A stretch of 64,000 bases of DNA, taken from Balanoglossus misakiensis (taxonomy: Eukaryota > Animalia > Hemichordata). Each line of letters begins with the position of its first letter. Within the stretch, counting starts at the first letter, position 1. Shown here in pieces: positions 22,053 through 35,900 of this stretch. A model generated the notes under the pieces. That model was given only the letters and a program-made list of their open reading frames with translations, was not told where the DNA came from and ran no database searches. The DNA lies in contig CM082597.2 in NCBI GenBank assembly GCA_040954595.2, positions 8,328,343 to 8,392,342 on the forward strand, given 5' to 3'. Made by a program: the position numbers and the translations under genes.

Positions 22053-25000
22053 CGCCAACACACTACCGTTTGTGTTGTGACCCTTTTGACCTCTGTTTGT
22101 TTGTTCGTTGTTCGTATTCCCTCTCTTGCCTCGTGCACCATTAAACGGAATTGGTTTGTCTTTATTGCCCTGGTGGCAGCGTATAGGATCCACGACCGCC
22201 TGTAAATCTTCAAAAAAACGAAGAGCAAGACATCCGATCACCCGTACAACATAGTCAAACGCTTGGATTGGACACGAGGCTCGACACACAGATAAGTTTT
22301 GTCAACATGTCCACGCTACGTGCACCGAAGCAATGGCAGCTGACTAAAAACGAGACTATTACCTCTTTCGAGAACTGGAGACAGAACCTACTGTACATCC
22401 TATCCCTCGACAACAATTTCACACCATTCCTAAAGGATTGCCTCACATGGGAGCAGAAATCTGCAGCGAATCCATACAGAGGATTACTGGATGACGGTCA
22501 GTCTGTCCCCGAACAGTCAAGAAAAACTGCCGCTCAGAAAAATACCCTGCTCGAGCTAATGCTCGGACAAATCGCCAATTACTGCTCAGTCATATCGAGG
22601 AATTCACTCATTAAACAGTCGATGTCCCTGAACGATATTTGGCAGAAAATTAGGCTTCACTATGGTTTTCAATCCACTGGAGCCCATTTCCTCGACCTCA
22701 GTAAAATCAAACTACAAACAGACGAAAACCCTGAAGACCTATACCAGCGTATTATGGCCTTCTTTGAAGACAACCTCCTCACCAGAGGATGCGGCATCAC
22801 ACACCAAGGGAAAGCTATCATGGTCGACGAAGACCTCACACCAACACTTGAAAATACAGTTGTGTTGCAGTGGTTACAGCTAGTCCACCCAGGCCTACCA
22901 CTGTTAGTCAAGCAAAGGTACGGTTCTGAATTACGTAACAAAACACTTGCAACGTTGAAACCTGAAATATCTCTCGCTCTGCCATCACTACTCGATGAAC
23001 TCCGCAGCATGGAAGATGCAAAAGCATTCCGTACCGGAGCTTTTAACAACTTCCGAAAACCAGGACCCATGAGCAACCAAAAACACCCACAATACAGGGC
23101 AAACCCCAAACCATTACCCAACAAGTCATGCATACTATGTAAGATGACAGGAAGACCAGGCTTCAATACCCACACACTGAGAGATTGTAGACTTGTTCCT
23201 GCAAAGGACAGATACGCCATGGGCAGCTCCCGTATGGTATCATCTGACGACGTTACTGAGGATGACCCATATGACGACCATACGGAATATGACATCTCTC
23301 CAGAAGAGACGCCCACAGCGCTGCTCGATCAGGCCTCCACACTGCATGTAAGTGTTGTTCAGTCCCCCTATCTCAACGCACATTACCTCAGCCACCCAGT
23401 CAAGTTAATACTAGACACAGGGGCCACCACCAATATGATAAGAGCATCCTATGCGACTCTTATTGGAATGCCGGTAACGCCCGCTTCTCAGATGGCACAC
23501 CAGGCCGATGGGGTAACACCACTTGATGTTATAGGGGAGGCCCATTGCCAAATTACAAGATGATCTCACACATTCCAATTAGATGCCCTTGTAGTGAAAC
23601 AGCTTGATGTCGACATACTAGCAGGAAACCCATTCCTCGTCGCAAATGATATCGCCACCCGTCCAGCAAAGAGACAGATTGTTATTGGTGGCACCGAAAT
23701 TCTCCACTATGGTCCACAACCTAACCCCCACACAGCTGTAAGGCAAACCCAAGTAAGCCTACTCAGATGTCCGGCACACCAAACACTCCTACCGGGAGAC
23801 TACATCCAACTTGATACACCCAACACATGTGAACCCGATTCAATCCTGGCATTGGAACCAAGGTATGACAACAGAGCCAACCAATATACAAAACCCGAAC
23901 GGGCTTGGCCCCAACCACAAGAAATTCAGTCAGTTGGACACACACTCAGAGTCACCAACACCACAAGTGAACCAATCATACTGAAACGCCATGAACACTT
24001 GTGCCAGGTACGGCAGATTTGCTCAGTTAGTGAAAACTGTTCCAAAATCTACCCCGTCACTTCCAGCACTCCTACACCATGTAAGCCATACTCATCAGAT
24101 ATTTCGATAGACCCGGACAACCAACTGCCTGCAGACGTACAAAACGCCTTCAGGTCACTGCACAATCACTTCGACGACGTTTTCAACCCCGCTGTATCAA
24201 AGTACAATGGCGCCAGTGGAAACATTGAGGCCGTAGTCAACATGGGGCCAGTTTTGCCACCTCAACGAAAAGGCAGATTACCTCACTACAACCGCGATTC
24301 ACTATTGGAACTGCAAGCCAAATTTGACGAGCTTGAAAATGCCGGTGTATTCGCGAAGCCAGAACAAGTCAACACCACCGTTGAATACCTTAACCTCTCG
24401 TTTCTGGTCAAGAAACCGAGTGGCGGCACACGACTAGTGACCTCATTCGGAGAGGTCGCCCAATACAGCAAACCTCAGCCATCTTTAATGCCAAAGGTCG
24501 ACAACATATTGCGTGATATCGCAAAATGGAAATACATTATCACTACCGATCTAAACCAGGCGTATTACCAGATACCACTATCATCAAAATCCACAAAATA
24601 CTGTGGCGTGGTAACGCCATTCAAGGGTGTACGAGTATACACACGCTCCGCCATGGGTATGCCCGGGTCGGAGACTTGCCTCGAGGAACTCATGTGCAGA
24701 GTCCTTGGTGACCTCATACAGGAAGGCTGTGTAACGAAAATCGCCGACGATCTGTACGTTGGTGGCGACACTCCAGAGTCAGTTTTGAACAACTGGCAAC
24801 GTACGCTGACGGCACTGAACAAAAACAACCTGCGATTATCAGCAAGGAAAACAAAAATCTGCCCGAAATCCACAACAATCCTGGGATGGATTTGGTCAAA
24901 TGGCACACTATCTGCGAGCCCACACAGAATCTCCGCCTTGTCATCAGTCTCTCCACCCGCTACTGTCAAAGCACTACGTTCATACATAGGCGCGTACAAA

Positions 25001-27614
25001 GTTCTCAGTAGAGTACTTAAGGGGTATGCAGACCTTGTAGATCCACTGGACCGGACCGCTGCTGGCAGACAATCACAGGAGAAAATTGACTGGACAGAGA
25101 ACTTGACAGAATCATTCCAACGGGCCCAAGACGCCCTCAAGGACAACAAATCTATCACCATCCCTCGCCCATCAGATCAGCTGTGAATAGTAACGGATGG
25201 CTCAGTAAAACGAAGTGGTATTGCTGCTACCCTGTACTGCCGTAGGGGTGACAAGATTCTGCTGTCTGGCTTTTTCAATGCAAAGTTGAAAAAACATCAG
25301 GTCACCTGGCTCCCATGTGAAATCGAAGCCCTGTGTATCGGTGCTGCTGTCAAGCACTTCTCACCGTACATCATTCAATCGACCCTCACTACCCAAGTTC
25401 TCACCGATAGCCGCCCATGTGTTCAAGCCTACGACAAACTACGTCGGGGAGAGTTTTCCACTAGCTCACGGGTGAGCACATTCCTATCTCTCGTCAGTCG
25501 CTTCCAAGTAGATGTACAACACATCACCGGTGCAGCCAATGTACCAACAGACTTTGCCAGCAGGAATCCCATCCAGTGCTCCGACAACAGCTGTCAGATT
25601 TGTAAATTCGTCGAGGAAGCAGAAGACTCTGTTGTGAGATCAATGACAGTCTCCGACGTCATCGGTGGAACTGCCAGAATGCCGTTTACTAACCGGGCAG
25701 CCTGGTTGGCCGCACAGATGGAGTGCCCTGACCTTAGACACACACACGCTCACCTCACACAGGGCACGCGTCCATCAAAAAAACTTGTAAAGATACCAGA
25801 TGTCAAGAGATACCTGCGCTCTATCACTGTCGCTAACGATGGTCTCTTTATTGTCAGAGACTCTCAACCGTTCCAACCTACACGAGAACGAATCGTGGTG
25901 CCCAGAATGGTATTAGATGGCCTTCTCACAGCCATCCACCTGCGATTCAACCACCCACCCAAAAACCAGACGAAGAATCTGTTCAACAGGTACTTCTTCG
26001 CGATCGACCTGGAAAAAGCAGTGGAGACAACATGTGCCTCTTGCCACCACTGTACATCCCTGAAATGTGTCCCGTCGCTGTTGCGACCACAATCCTCATC
26101 AACACCACCGCAGCAACTGGGCAGATCATTCGCAGCTGACATAATGCGTCGGTACCGACAATGTGTATTTATATTGCGTGAAACCGTCTCATCATACACA
26201 AAGACCATGCTTATTGACAGCGAACAACACGCTGAAATCCGCAATGCTATTGTCAGCCTGTGCGCAGATATGCTCCCTCTGGGAGATAACCCACTCACCA
26301 TACGTATCGACTCTGGACCAGGACTTATTGCACTATCCAAAGACCCAACACTGAAGAAACTTGGCATTGAACTTGACATCGGTAATGTCAAAAATACCAA
26401 TAAGAACCCAGTCGCTGAAAACGCTGTAAAAGAACTCGGTCACGAATGCCTAAATATCAACCCAGAGGGCGGCCCACTGACACCAATCACACTCGCCCTA
26501 GCAACAGCTAACCTAAATGCCAGGATACGTGGAAGCGGCCTATCTTCCAGGGAAATCTGGATGCAGCGTGATCAAATAACAGGGGAACAGCTACCTATCG
26601 ATGACCGACACCTCATAGTGCAGCAGCACTTCAAGCGGGTATACAATCATGCATCCAGTTCAAAATCAAAAGCTCACGGCTCTGGAAAAACAAACCCATG
26701 TAGTGTCCGGGTTGGCGACCTTGTGTACTTATTGCGTGACAGGGACAAGACTCGCGCACGGGATAGATACCTAGTGACCAGCGTCTCGGACAATCGCTGT
26801 CGTATTTGCAAGTTTACAAAGTCACAGTTCCGCTCCAAAGAATACGACATACATGTCTCGGACTGTTACCATGTAAAACCCACATCCCTGGAGCCAGTGG
26901 CAGGACCAATTAGAGGCCTACACGACAACGAGGATTTTGAGCCTGATCATCTCGCAACTGTCACAAGTAAAGTACCAACCTTGGTCTGCCCTCAGCCTCG
27001 ACTTGTCCCTACACCAACAACATTGACGGAGAACATATCCCCGCCATCCCCACCGTCCCCACCTCCAGTGATCACCACACCACCTGATGAAAACTTCATG
27101 TCACCACAAATACCCATCACAGTAAACACTGATTCTGCCGACATGATCAGGGATGCTGTTTCACATCCACCTCCTGATACTCAACCCCGTCGATCTACTA
27201 GGACGAAGAAATCCCCCCAATGGCAAGCTTCTGGGGAATAGATCATGGATTAGTATTATTTGTTGGGCCATAATAATGCCTATTTTTGCGGGTGTGAGCC
27301 AAGCGCCGCCCACCAGAAGTCCCCTCACTTGGACATTCGTTTTTGTGGACAGTGTGTGTACTAGAACTACTGTGTTTGCTTGTTACTCATTTTCAGTGAA
27401 CTTTACCTTGGGTGTTATTTCTTGCCCATTTTTGCTGATTGGATTTAGAAATGTTTTCATTTTTGAAGGAGAGAAAGAAGGAAAGATGGAGAGACAGTCA
27501 CGCCAACACACTACCGTTTGTGTTGTGACCCTTTTGACCTCTGTTTGTTTGTTCGTTGTTCATATTCCCTCTCAAACTGGTTTGATCGTACGGAATTGGT
27601 TTGTCTTTATTGCC
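22053..27614 (+). mobile_element. Ty3/Gypsy-like LTR retrotransposon with very short non-TG..CA LTRs
   Basis: LTRs 22053-22169 and 27501-27614; PBS tggtggcagcg at 22171-22181 (tRNA-Leu-type 3' end); purine tract ~27465-27494; empty site at 46858 in the paralog. Confidence 0.9.
22307..27241 (+). pseudogene. pol: gag-pol (Gag, protease, RT, RNase H, integrase) single frame with two nonsense stops
   Basis: ORF-track pieces 22268-23563, 23594-25186 and 25286-27241 share one frame, with TGA at 23561 and 25184. Motifs: LDTGA, DLNQAYYQIP, IADD, IVTDGS, CEIEAL, HLRFNH..CASCHHC, and integrase D-D-E (AADI, RIDSG, VAEN). Confidence 0.9.
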
Positions 27615-30600
27615 GCAGCGGCTACAGCTGGAACATGCGTGTGAGACGAGCTAGGTGCTTTAAAGGGCAGTGATCATCTTATGCGCATGTGCCAAACCAG
27701 AGACTCTGGTTACATAAATTGTATACAGTCATTGCCATAAGGCAGTGTGCTGTCCTGACAACAGACAAGATGGCGACAACCATAATCTGTGAGTGATTGG
27801 GAAAAAACAGCAAATTGGATGAAAAGAAGGGACAAAACTAAAGTCTGGGTGAACATGAAATATAGAAGGAAGCGAAGGCAGTCCACTATTTGAATGTATT
27901 GAATGCAAACTTTGCACAACACTTGGATTGGATGTAATGTTTGGACACATTAAATACACACATGTGCATAAGACGATCATTGGCCTTTTACAGTTGTCAC
28001 TGTGAGCAATAAATTGTATCAAGGAATACATACGCTCAATTGTATTGAAACTTTTTGTGTTGTAAAAAGTTACCGCAGACACGCATTGCATGATTGAACA
28101 CCATATGTTGATGTACATAAAAAAAACTTACTTGCACAGCGTGGACAGCATTTAACTGCATCACGTAGGATTCTATCTTCGTTACATTCTAACTCAGGAC
28201 ACAATTTGACATCACATGAAACATGACCATCCTGACAGAAAATACACACACATACAATAAGACAACAACTCATATGGTTACCAATTGATCATACACTTGT
28301 TAAAATTCACACAAAAACATATTTATCAACATCAGTAAAAATTGAACAATGAATGCTGGACCGTTTTTACAATTCACCACTTTTGATTGCGATTGACACT
28401 TTTTTAAATCAAAGTACTTTATTTTCTTTGCAACAGCTTTGTGGATGTCTAACTGCAGGGGGATCTAACTTCAACCCTTACGCCAACATGGTTTAGTCCA
28501 AATCTATGTTTTCTATGGTAAAGTTGGACTTCCAAACAGTAAAATGGGGATGAAAGGTTAATATAAGACTTGCATCTGGGTTATTCACTTACCATGCACA
28601 TACATGATGTACAAGGATTGAGTTTAAATTCTGTGCCATTCTGATATACAATGCCTGTTGTATTACTCTCACAAACTCTTTCCAAAGGCTCTCCTATATA
28701 GGATAAAGAAAACATTATACGACACACATATTCACAAGTGAGCATGATTGATGTGAGGTCACATGAGTCTCAAAGCCAATCAGAGTGTACAACTTTCAGA
28801 CCATTCATCTCATGGTTCATTTCCAGGAAATGCAAGTTTTTTTCAATAGTTTTCCAGGGCTTTCAGACCAAAAAATCAATTTTCTGATTATTTTTAATTA
28901 GATTTCTATGACTTTTGAAGCCAACAGCTGACATTTCCTGAGAGTGATTATGCAGATGACATATCAAAATTGTCATTTGTTGAACATAAATTAGTTGTTG
29001 TTTCATTTGTAGTTTAATGCTCTGTTTCCTTGACAACACAAATTAAATTTGTCATTATAAATATTATATACACATGTTGGTTGTAATTGGAGAATAAGAC
29101 AAGAATTCGCACATTAAGATATCCATCTTACCGAACACTGACATTCCAAACATTGGTCTTCATCTGGTTTAAAAATAGCACTTTCCTTATAAGTGACACC
29201 TCTGAATTCACAACCAATACATGCCTGACAACACTGGTTTGGTACTCGCACTGGGTTCTCATACGGTGCTGGACATGTGACAGTTGTATAGGAGATGTCT
29301 TGGTCCTGTCAACACAAGAAACAAAAACGTCCAAGTTACAAACAAGAGAAGGATGTAAAGTACACTAGCTACACAAGATAGCATAATCTTGTTAGATAAC
29401 AAGATTAAAAATTATTATATAAATAGCCAAAAGTACAGATCTAGAAATCTAATTACTGAGATATATGACAAGAAGCAAAGATCCACAAAACATGAAAGCT
29501 CATCAGAACAGCAGAATGTGACACTGTACACTGTGTTGCTGCACAGAAAAGTATTGGCATGAACACACTGCATGTGCTTATCACCCTCAAAGCCAAAAGT
29601 GCTCTGCATGTGCTTATAACAATCAAAGCCAAATGTGCTCTAACACAAGATATATTCTTCATTAAAGGGACAAAGTCTCTCTTCTTCCCCATTTTAATTA
29701 ATTATGTTTGATACAAGACACCGTTTATGTTATTCTACATGTGAATTTATAGGGAATCGACGTTCAACCACACTCTACTTCCATCCCACTTGTAGACGAG
29801 AGGGGAAAATCTCGCCAAAATGAATAATCAGTCTCTACCATTTATTCATTTTGGGCGAGTTTTTATTTTCATATCATACAAGCGGGATGGAAGTTGTGTG
29901 TGGTTGAACATTCATTCACTACATGTACATATACACATGTACATTAACATAAACAGTGTCTTATATCAGACATAATTAATTGGAAAAGGGCAGCGAGAGA
30001 GAGACTTTGTCACTTTAAATCCACCAATCAAAGTAACTTACATCACATATACATGTTGTACAGGGATCATCTTGAAGAGTCCACATGTCACCATGGTGAT
30101 ACGTTGTGCCATCAATGACCCGACAGTCTAAACAAAGAGACAAAGAGACATTTTATACAGTGCTATGTCACTCTGGTTGAAGACATGATGATATGGCCAA
30201 CAGGAATACCATTATCTGGGTGTTCAAATTATATAGAATTCATCTGTTTTGCGGCATTAAAATTGTGTTTTATATTTTGTCATTTTTCTGATCAATATAC
30301 TGGTATTGTGTAAAATTCGATCGACTGATTGGTGTGTGCTTTGTTCACAGCCTGAGCACTTACTCAGCAATTGATAACCCATACAGGAAAGATCACAACA
30401 AGTGATGACACATTGAGGAGAGATCACAACAAGTGATGACTCATAGAGGAGGAAGCACAGCATGTGATGACTCATCTAACCTGTCCACTTACCTAGACAT
30501 TTAGGACAGCACTGCCCTGGTACACATGCAAAATTAAAGATGTTGTGGCTTCACACACTGTTAAATTACAAGTCACAGTACCATCCTGTAAATACAAATT

Positions 30601-32466
30601 ATTTAATGGGTTATTATTATAGAAATTATGGACGACCATTGACCCTGACCCTGACCATTGATACTTTTAATAGTAAAGGAATGTATGTGTGCACCAATGT
30701 TCATGATACATGTAGACTAGACAATGTTTCTCCTACGTGTATTAGTGGAACATTTTTGTTTCGGTTATATATATTCTGTACGTATGATTTTTAGTTTGTA
30801 TGCATTTTTCCACAGCTTATGCGTACAGTGTAGGTAACTCGAAAAAAAAACCTTAAGTCTTGGCATGAACACACTGCGTGTGCTTATAACCCTCAAAGCC
30901 AAAAGTGCTTTAACACAAGATGTATTCTTCATTAAAAGGACAAAGTCTCTCTCTCGCAGCCCTTTATCCATTAATTATGTTTGATACAAGACACCGTTTA
31001 TGTTATTCTATGTGTGTATATAGTGAATCAACGTTCAACCCCCCACAATTTCTATCCCGTTTGTAGACACGAGAGTGAAAAACTCGCTGAAATAAATAAT
31101 TGGTCTCTACCATTTATCCATTTTGGGCGAGTTTTTACTCTCATATCCTACAAACGGGACGGAAGTTGTGTGTGGTCGAAAGTTGATTCACTACATGTAT
31201 ATATCCACATGTAGAATAACATAAACAATGTCTTGTATCAAACATAATTAATGGAAAGGGGCAGCTAGAGAGAGAGACTTTGTGCAGTGGTGAGAACTTA
31301 CCAGACACAGGCAGGATCTACACACATCACCAAGAGGGTTGAAGCGATCACCATCAGCATACAAGATATTATTGTATTCACACAGACTACAGTCTGGACA
31401 GCAATCAGAAGCTGTGTACAGTCCATGCTCACATGTTACTGGACACTCTAATTCTGTACAGGTAATCTTGGAATCAGGCTGAAAGAGGAACGACAACAAT
31501 CAGGTTTATACTGTAAAACACTTTACGAGTTGAAATTTTCACGATATCGAGAGAGGCCAATGTTTCGCGAGTATTAATTTTCACATACTCTTATTTCATT
31601 CACTGCATCGTTATCTTCAAAAAAATGTTATGCAACTTTTTATTTTCATGCTATTTTGGCTCTCGTGTATTTCGCGAAAATTTATTGCTCGCAAAAATAA
31701 AGTATTTTACAGTATCAGTTAGCCATACCATCTTTTCCAAAACATGGTGATGTACACGTTCTTAATCAAATTCTATTTTGGTTTCGTTAAAAGTCGTTAA
31801 AATAATGTTATGTAGTAGTCGTGTATTTTGCTGCCTTCATGGCAAGTCGACTGAGATCAAATCATCTGGAAAACAGGAAAACAATGGCTCTGTTTCTGGG
31901 ACCGTCTGTAGCACTTTGGCTGAAATAGGAGCTTATTTATTTATGTTTACTTTTACAGTGGATTATATTTACTGACAAGTTTAGTTACAGAAATAAATGT
32001 GTTTTTAATTTGACAACTATTGTTATTTTCACTGTCACCCAACCTCTGTTTGGTTTGATTTGAAGCATCAGAGTAATGAAATAATGGGAATGATTCAACA
32101 ATTAAATTTCAACGGGTTGGCCGGGGGTTTGCGGCAAAACTAAAAGAAATATTTTTTTTACCTGACTTTGAACTTCTGACATCATCTATAAGTTGACATA
32201 CCTGACATGTACATTGCAGACACAGGTCAAATTCTGTCCACATTTGTCCAGGTTGATACTCTGTACCATCCCCTGCCACACATACTGGATCTACCAATAA
32301 AGTTCAAGTGCACATTGTTGAGATGGAAATTGTTACATTCCCATGCAGTCCACTGAAGGGGTCCAGTGTGGAACCCATTGCATGGATTGGTTACGCAAAG
32401 CGCCCTCATATCACAAAATTCAGTCTGGATTAGTTCTTCCTTAGTTAAACTTGAAGATAACTTTAA

Positions 32467-32980
32467 AGGGACAAAGTCTATCTCTTGCTGCCCTTTTGTC
32501 ATTAATTATGTTTGACACAGGACACTGTTTATGTTATTCTACATGTGGATGGATAAACCTTTATTTATTTATAAAAAATTAATAAAAAAATAATAAATAA
32601 ATAAACTTCCATCCCATGTGTAGCATATGACAATAAAAATCTCGCCAAAATGAATAAATGGTAAACACCGATTATTCATTTTGGCGAGTTTTTTTCACTC
32701 TCGTCTACAAGTAGAATATATAGTGAACCAACGTTCAACCACACACACCTTCCATCCCTCTTGTCTGATATGAGAGTAAAAACTTGCCCAATATGAATAA
32801 ATGGTAGAGACTGATTATTCATTTTGGCAAGTTTTTTTCACTCTCGTCTACAAACAGGATGGAAGTTATGTGTGGTCGAATGTTGATTCACTAATATATC
32901 CACATGTAGAATAACATAAACGGTGTCTTGTTTCAAACATAATTCATGGAAAAGGGCAGCGAGAGAGAGACTTCGTCCCT
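32467..32980. mobile_element. TTAA-flanked Kolobok-like MITE with internal subrepeats (relatives 29666-30014, ~30936-31283, partial ~1512-1570)
   Basis: ttaa|agggacaaagtctatctcttgctgccctttt ... aaaagggcagcgagagagagacttcgtccct|ttaa. Confidence 0.75.
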
Positions 32981-35900
32981 TTAAGAACAGAAAATTATTT
33001 AATCTCAGAAGAAAATTCTGAAATATAACACTTGATTTTAAGATCCTGTATCTGATATTGCCTTACTTTCTTGACACACTCATGGACAGCAACTACCTCT
33101 ACAAGGATGGGATTGTCACATTCCAGTATTGGGCAAATTTCCATGTTCCCACAGGTTACATTCCCAAACTATGCAGACATGGAGAGACATCAGTTTAGTG
33201 TGGAAGAGATAGCATGGGTGCATGGGGGTGGGGAGGTGGACTAGGCAAGGTGGAACTGAGAGGGGGCAGAGGGTGAGGGTGTCATGGGCAATAACAGTAA
33301 CATATGATCTGTCAAATTATAAAATGGAATTACAGACTTATTTTGTTAAGAAGGGACTTTACCTTCTGTTGATATAACAATTCAAAGAAAATTAATCACA
33401 AATTACATTGGAATTATTTACTTTCATTTATTGTTTGAGCAATCGTGTCCTCTGTCACTGTTGCAAATAAGTAGACGTGACATAAAGACCAACGCATAGC
33501 TTGGCCAATCCATGTCTTTGTCAGAAACACTTTCACTGATGTCATACTCAGGTTTGTATGTAAGCCAAAGATACACTTGTTGTTTGTGGAATTCTCAAGT
33601 TACAGAAAGTTTGTTTTAGTAATTCATATGTGCAGTGTATAAACCTTGTTGACAGGTCTGCCTGGGAACTTTGACCAACCAACAGAGCAATTTGAGCACT
33701 ACGCTTGTACATCACTTCTGTCGACACACAGATTGGTTTTAAAAGGTGCCATGGCAACGAAAGTGATATAACAAAGTCAGATTCCACTGTGAGTTCTTCA
33801 TAAATATTTTACTGATTAACACCCAATCCTTAGGAAACTTTTCCTTTTACTCGTAATTCAATCCAGGTCCTTCCTTAATGGAAAATATCTATGACTTTAA
33901 GTAAGATAATTTTCGCAGCTTAAATCACTGGATAAAATTATTTCATTAACTTACTGTTATGCAGCCATCTTTGATTGTGTTCATATTCTGTATATACTGA
34001 CCATCATACAGACAATCTGCAAAGAATTAATAACATAGTGATCACATTATGAGTAAAAAACCATTCTGGTCAATCAGACTTCAGTCAAGGAGAGTATTAT
34101 TAAAACAGAAGTTATTTATAACCATTTGCCAAGTGAATGTCTTCAAGAGATTTGAGATAATGCTAAGCAGCCATGCATGGTTTTCTATATCCACTATATA
34201 TGTTCAACTCAGCTGTAATTCATTAAACCCAAGTATTTCTCATGTTTATCCATTTTTCATCATCAAAAATTGCCTGTTTTTCCCGTACATTCATCAAGGA
34301 ATACTACATAATGAAGATATAAGAAAGGTTTGGGCATTTGTAGCTACATGTACATGCAAGCAGTAAATATTGCCCGTAACACTTGAAATGATGCGCGGGT
34401 TTGTTTACGTTGCATTCCGTATATCAACAGAGCTCATATTGTAAATTGTATGTAAATTGTATGTGTTAATGAAATAAGAGAACACGAAAATTAATACTCG
34501 CAAAACCGTGGCCTCTCTCGATATTGCGAAAATTTCAACTCCCGAAAATAAAGTGTTTTTCAGTATGTCCGGACTGTGTTGTATGAATAGATGTGTGTAG
34601 TAGCTGTTGCTGACCAATTGCACAAGAAATCAAAGACTTTCGAAGCTTGTTGAAACGACTTACCCTGACATGAGGGACAGCACATATCTTCATCTTGGAA
34701 TGGACCTGACAGCTGATTGGTTGACTGTTGACATTACCAGATGTACATGTACACTCACTGCAGCTATCTAGTAATGATGGGAATACAGCACCATCTCTGT
34801 GATTTTCACCGCCGTATGTACAACGTATAAAAAAAATGCACGTCACAATTAGTATTTTTATGGCCACTTTCACTTTTGGAGGTCAAGGCTATTCATGACA
34901 AGAAATATTCTATTGCCTACATATGTAAGATGCTAGAAAAGTTAAATGGCGATGATATACAAATGTACATGTGTGCCAAACCAGAATCTCTGGTGGCAAA
35001 ATTTGTATACAATCAATGGCATGAGGCAGTGTGCTGTCCTAACAACAGACAAGGTGGTGGCGACCATAGTCTGTGTTGGAGATCGGGGAAAAGACAGCAA
35101 ATTGGGTGGAAAAGGGACAAAAGCACAGTCTACTTAAACAGTGCACATGAAATATGGAAGGAAGTGAAGGCAGTCCACTATTTGAAAGTGTTGAATGCAA
35201 AATTTGCAGAACATTTGGATTGGATGTAATGTTTGTACACACAAAATTAAGCAGATGAGCATAAGATGATCGTCAAGCTTTAAATGAAACCACCTTTAAG
35301 ACTGAGACATTTAACAACTTCCTTGCAAATTACATGTAAGTCCAACCAACTGAACAAGTCCACCATAACACATCCAAAACATGTAAATTGGATCAGGCAC
35401 ACCATTAGTAACACTTGGACTAGTATTTTGATGAAAGGGTTAATTTTACTTTTGTGACTTACCATTACAATCTGGGCAACATTGATTTTGTATGACAATT
35501 GGATTGTTACATGACTCTGTACATGTGACAGTGGTACATGTTATCTGACCATCAATCTAAAGAGGAAAAATCACAAAGATCTTAGAACGGTTGTGTACAG
35601 TTTATATTTCACAAAGTTCTCCAACTTTGTTCTATGGTTGCTGCAAATGACTACTGTAAAACACTTTATTTTCGCGAGTTGAAATTTTCGCAATATCGAG
35701 AGAGGCCACTGTTTCGCGAGTATTAATTTTCACGTTCTCTTATTTCATTCACTGCATCGTTATCTTTAAAAAAAATTACGCGACTTTTTATTTTCATGCT
35801 ATTTTGGCTCTCGCATATTTCGCGTAAATTTATTGCTCACGAACATAACATGTTTTACAGTAATTTGTAGTAGAAAACAGACATAGATATGACTAAACTC

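Larger units (their letters stand above)
21792..27659. mobile_element. TTAA-flanked Kolobok-like MITE split by the Gypsy insertion; an inverted relative abuts it at 27664-27986
   Basis: ttaa|aggcaatagatcgtctcacgcgcatgt ... acatgcgtgtgagacgagctaggtgct|ttaa. Uninterrupted paralog ~46629-46903; another relative at ~35015-35280. Confidence 0.7.

Noticed and set aside
23561-25186. Programmed readthrough or selenocysteine at the two in-frame TGAs
   Set aside because: The first TGA splits the protease and the second replaces the expected Trp of L(W)IVTDG in RNase H; simple nonsense mutations are more likely.
22669-26400. Antisense ORFs of 178-215 aa in the Gypsy element
   Set aside because: Likely shadows of codon bias on the opposite strand; no recognisable domains.
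30391-30473. ~31-bp tandem repeat; also short duplications at ~2488/2783 and ~11242/11296
   Set aside because: Ordinary local slippage duplications with no sign of function.
29413-31222. Simple haplotig mis-join as the sole cause of the duplication
   Set aside because: Exon logic runs continuously across this interval and the C8-to-EGF junction appears in both copies, which favours a true tandem array; not excluded without reads.
33215-33290. G-rich tract as a functional G-quadruplex near an exon
   Set aside because: Short, irregular low-complexity tract with no supporting evidence.
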